Positions 27,202-30,389 of a stretch of 30,389 nt of DNA are shown piece by piece. Under the pieces are notes generated by a model. The model saw only the letters and a program-made list of their open reading frames with translations. It ran no database searches and was not told the DNA's origin. Each line of letters begins with the position of its first letter. Position 1 is the first letter of the stretch. The position numbers were made by a program, and so were the translations under genes. Source of the DNA: an uncultured archaeon (lineage in GTDB: Archaea > Asgardarchaeota > Lokiarchaeia > Sigyniarchaeales > SOKP01); the NCBI GenBank assembly GCA_964388035.1, contig CAYLZE010000062.1, positions 1 through 30,389 on the forward strand, given 5' to 3'.

Positions 27202-28341
27202 TTAATCAACCTCCAAAACATATACTATGTTATTTTGAGCACACATTCCTATTTGCCCCGTAGCAATCGCTTTCTTCGGATTTTTTACTTGATATTCTCC
27301 TGCCTCCCCTCGAAGTTGCTTGGCAGCTTCTATTACCCGTATTAATCCCGTAGCACAGGGAGGATTACCTCCAATGGCTCCACCAGAAGGATTTATTGGA
27401 AGGGTTCCATTAATTGCCGTATTTACTTCAGTTCCTTTACCTTTATCTGCCAATCCTAACGCCTCCATTAAAATTAATTCTTCATGAGCACAACTCTCAA
27501 ATATTTCAGCCACTTGAATTTCTGCTTTAGGATCTTTAACTCCCGCTGCATTATAAGCCATTTTAGACGCTAATTCCATGGAATTACAGGAAGCTAAATC
27601 GCGATCTCCCAAATAGTATGCATCTTGAGAATATCCTACTCCCGAAATCCACACGGGTTTTTCCGTGATTTTAAGGGCTTGTTTTTCAGGTGCTAATAAT
27701 ACTGCTGCCACGCCATCGCAAGGAGGAGCAACCATTAATTCCGTGACAGGATCCGCATAAATCTCGGACTTCAACACTTCCTCGGTAGTAATATTTGGAA
27801 GCTGAGATTCTTTTAATGCCAAGGGATTTTTTGCTGCATTTTTATGGTTTTTTACGGCAACTTGTGCGATTTTATCAGCACTTACCCCATACTTTTCCAT
27901 GTAAGCCCTCATTTGAAATCCCGAAGCCGTAATATCATTAACATATTGTGTTGGGCGTTCCCAAGTTGGGTCTGTTTCATACAAGCGAGTAGTATGGTAT
28001 GGATAACAGGAAGCCATGCTCCCGCCCCATATCACCGCCAGCTTGTGATTCCCCGATAAAATGCGCATTAAACCATATAAAACGGCATGAGCTCCATCCA
28101 TTTCCACTTTACTTTCATCTACCATGTATCCACCCCCGACTTCTACGGTAAAACAATTTGATATGGTTCGTCCATCATAATAATCATTGGTACAAGAAAT
28201 GACGGTCGTGATGTCTTTTTTCTTTAATCCCGCGTTATCAATTGCTCCTCGAACGGCTTCGAAAATCATTTCATATCTGCCATAGTTCGCATCGGAATAT
28301 AATTTAACTTGATTAAATCCAACAATTCCTACTTTTTCCAT
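27202..28341 (-). CDS. SCP2-type thiolase-fold protein, Ltp4-like
   Basis: DYYDGR.IS, ESKVEMDGAHA (Ltp4 ESHVEMDAAWA), ETDP, NPSGG..GGNP and C-terminal GMCAQNNIVYVLE (Ltp4 GPALQQNLVAVME). Upstream GAGGTG SD-like motif. Confidence 0.85.
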   Translation of the reverse strand: MEKVGIVGFNQVKLYSDANYGRYEMIFEAVRGAIDNAGLKKKDITTVISCTNDYYDGRTISNCFTVEVGGGYMVDESKVEMDGAHAVLYGLMRILSGNHKLAVIWGGSMASCYPYHTTRLYETDPTWERPTQYVNDITASGFQMRAYMEKYGVSADKIAQVAVKNHKNAAKNPLALKESQLPNITTEEVLKSEIYADPVTELMVAPPCDGVAAVLLAPEKQALKITEKPVWISGVGYSQDAYYLGDRDLASCNSMELASKMAYNAAGVKDPKAEIQVAEIFESCAHEELILMEALGLADKGKGTEVNTAINGTLPINPSGGAIGGNPPCATGLIRVIEAAKQLRGEAGEYQVKNPKKAIATGQIGMCAQNNIVYVLEVD

Positions 28342-28355
28342 TTAGTTTAGTCACC

Positions 28356-28814
28356 TCATGCCATCGTGAAACCCTTGATATCGGAAGGGGCTCCACTTGG
28401 TTTTTCATCCCAAACGATTTTAACTTTTGAGTTCAATTTAATATTCTTGGGATTAACGTCCAATAAAGGATAGATAATGCTCGTATTACTTCCATCAATT
28501 TTCACCATGCCTAATGTCATTTCCTTCGCTTTTCTGTCTCTTCTATCGCTGACCCGATAAGGAGTAATTGTGTAATTGATTAACGTACCTGTATTGGGGA
28601 GATCCACCCAGTTCTGATCTAATGGAATCGTTACATTACATTTGCCACATATTTTACGTGGAGGTACAAAGACATCGCCGCATTTCGGACACTTATTTGC
28701 AACGATTTTCTTTTGCTCTAATCCATCGTAAAATTTATCCATGTATTGGCCAACCCAAAATGCAAAGTCAGCCTTTACAAGACCTTTATTAGCAATTATT
28801 ACTTTTTCGCTCAT
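28356..28814 (-). CDS. DUF35 (Zn-ribbon + OB-fold) protein, first in operon
   Basis: KFYDGL, KCPKCGDVFVPPRKICGKC, GTLINYT and KVKIVW motifs. Confidence 0.92.
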   Translation of the reverse strand: MSEKVIIANKGLVKADFAFWVGQYMDKFYDGLEQKKIVANKCPKCGDVFVPPRKICGKCNVTIPLDQNWVDLPNTGTLINYTITPYRVSDRRDRKAKEMTLGMVKIDGSNTSIIYPLLDVNPKNIKLNSKVKIVWDEKPSGAPSDIKGFTMA

Positions 28815-29119
28815 TTTTAATCAGATTTTTTTTTTCTAAGATTAATATATTATTTAATATGTATGAATAAATTTCTAATTAAGTTAAATCTTTTAGAGTA
28901 TTTAAGGAATAAAATAATTAATAATTCAAGGTAAGTGGGAAATATGATAAAATTCTTTTTTCCAAAAAATCCTCTTCTCTCTTAAAATATTTATGCACGT
29001 AAATTAGCTTACCCTTGACCTTTTTCTTAAACCCTAAGTTAATAAAAATTGCTCGTTTAATTAGAAAATTACTATACCTAAAATATTTAAAAATTAAAAA
29101 TTCTTCTTTATATTAGGAG

Positions 29120-30389
29120 ATGACATCCGGAAAAAAAGAGTTTTTTATCAATAACAATTTAAGCTTACGGCTGGAAAGGAATGGCACTATTATTTATGTA
29201 GGGGGCAGAGAATTTAGACAATGCAAGTATCTTCTATTAACGATTCCCGCAGATGACATTCAGAAATATGATGATATTACTTCCTTAGATAAAGCGATAG
29301 AGAGATATGATAAATCCATGGAGGGGAAAGATATTTATGATTTTGATATTTCACATGAAGAGGAATTTTGGGCACATTGTAGCAATTTGCACGTATGGGC
29401 GGAAAACAAATATAATCCCGCACTTTTAGAATCAAATTTAGCCTTTCCCTTGTTAAGGGCATTATGGAAGGTGGGAGATTCCCTTGCTAAAATCCGATTT
29501 TTAGAGGAGCTTGCTAAAAGATATAAAGATGGGACGGAACAAATGCGGCTCGAGATTGAGAGCATGAATTTTCTAATACAAATGGGAATTCACGTGAATA
29601 CTGCTTTAAAAAATGAGCTTTTACCTCTATTGTTGGAGCCTGAAGAGCAAGTAACCTTCAATTTAATTAGGCAGAAAAATCCACCTCATAAATTTGAAGT
29701 TAAAAATGGTCATGTAATTTTTATTGAGTTTTATATGAATCAAAAAATTCTTCCACGAGAACTTCTCGATTTAGAATGGCTTCGAAAACTCACTGTTTCC
29801 CACGGGCTTGAAGAGCTTCCTTCATGGTTCGGACAACTATGTTGTGTGGAAGAATTAGTCTTGAATGATCTTAATATTTCCACACTTCCTAAAGAGTCTG
29901 GAGAATTAAGAAAATTAAAAAACCTCGTCATTGATAATATTAAAAATCTTAAAACTTTACCCGATGAGTTCGGGGATATCACCTCTCTTGAAACCTTAAA
30001 TATTAGAGATTGCCCGTTTGAAGAGATTCCCACAGCCCTTACAAGATGCAGGGCGTTGAAAGAAGTGATTATACAAGACTGCTCTTTTCTTAAGGGTATG
30101 CCTAAAGGGATCGGAGATTTTCCCGCATTAGAAAGACTGACAATTTTGAATTGTCCGAATCTTAAATTCCTTCCCGAGGAACTATGTCAAATTAGAATCT
30201 TAAAAGAGCTGATCATCGAAAATTGTGAATTGCATGAGTTACCGCGCACAATCGGGCATATGTCCTCAATAAAGTTATTGAAAATAACCAATAATAAAGT
30301 AAGCCGGATCCCAGAATCAATCAAATCATTAAAAAATTTAGAAACTTTGATTTTAGATAAAAATAAATTGAATCAATTTCCTAAGGAGG
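29120..30389 (+). CDS. Leucine-rich repeat protein with Lokiarchaeia-type conserved N-terminal domain; 3' end truncated by the window edge
   Basis: Not in the ORF track; open from ATG 29120 to the window end: MTSGKKEFFINNNLSLRLE..TIIYVGGREFRQCKYLLL...EEEFWAHCSNLHVWAEN...SNLAFPLL..L...GD, followed by about 9 repeats of 23-24 aa (LxxLxIxxCxxLxxLP / LxxLxLxxNxLxxxP). Confidence 0.92.
   Translation, partial: MTSGKKEFFINNNLSLRLERNGTIIYVGGREFRQCKYLLLTIPADDIQKYDDITSLDKAIERYDKSMEGKDIYDFDISHEEEFWAHCSNLHVWAENKYNPALLESNLAFPLLRALWKVGDSLAKIRFLEELAKRYKDGTEQMRLEIESMNFLIQMGIHVNTALKNELLPLLLEPEEQVTFNLIRQKNPPHKFEVKNGHVIFIEFYMNQKILPRELLDLEWLRKLTVSHGLEELPSWFGQLCCVEELVLNDLNISTLPKESGELRKLKNLVIDNIKNLKTLPDEFGDITSLETLNIRDCPFEEIPTALTRCRALKEVIIQDCSFLKGMPKGIGDFPALERLTILNCPNLKFLPEELCQIRILKELIIENCELHELPRTIGHMSSIKLLKITNNKVSRIPESIKSLKNLETLILDKNKLNQFPKE

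Noticed and set aside
22517-28059. Opposite-strand ORFs within the MFS, DUF1847, nitroreductase and thiolase-fold genes
   Set aside because: Antisense shadows without independent evidence.
25423-28814. Mevalonate-pathway thiolase/DUF35/HMG-CoA synthase complex
   Set aside because: No HMG-CoA synthase is adjacent, and both thiolase-fold proteins lack the catalytic Cys and His.
29277-30033. Minus-strand ORFs 29277..29462, 29335..29565 and 29740..30033
   Set aside because: Antisense to the plus-strand LRR gene.

Overview
AT-rich archaeal chromosomal window, very probably from an Asgard archaeon (Lokiarchaeia). The evidence is an archaeal proteasome beta subunit, a stand-alone archaeal ThrRS editing domain, BHB-type tRNA introns, and several eukaryotic-signature-like genes: two tandem single-domain gelsolins with a C-terminal helical domain, a longin/uDENN-like protein, and a Loki-type LRR protein. 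It holds about 28 CDS. Three of these are missing from the ORF track: an edge-truncated HhH-FKBP fusion, an edge-truncated LRR protein and a 50-aa Cys-rich ORF. There is also one galactokinase-family pseudogene and a tRNA-Leu(TAA) that appears to carry two D-arm introns around a 9-nt micro-exon. The most notable candidate system is a tightly coupled four-gene operon (DUF35 / Ltp4-like / Ltp3-like / DUF35). It resembles the actinobacterial sterol side-chain retro-aldolase module, and both thiolase-fold proteins lack the thiolase catalytic Cys and His. No CRISPR array, rRNA, transposase or integrase was seen. All family assignments come from motif recognition by eye; no database searches were run.
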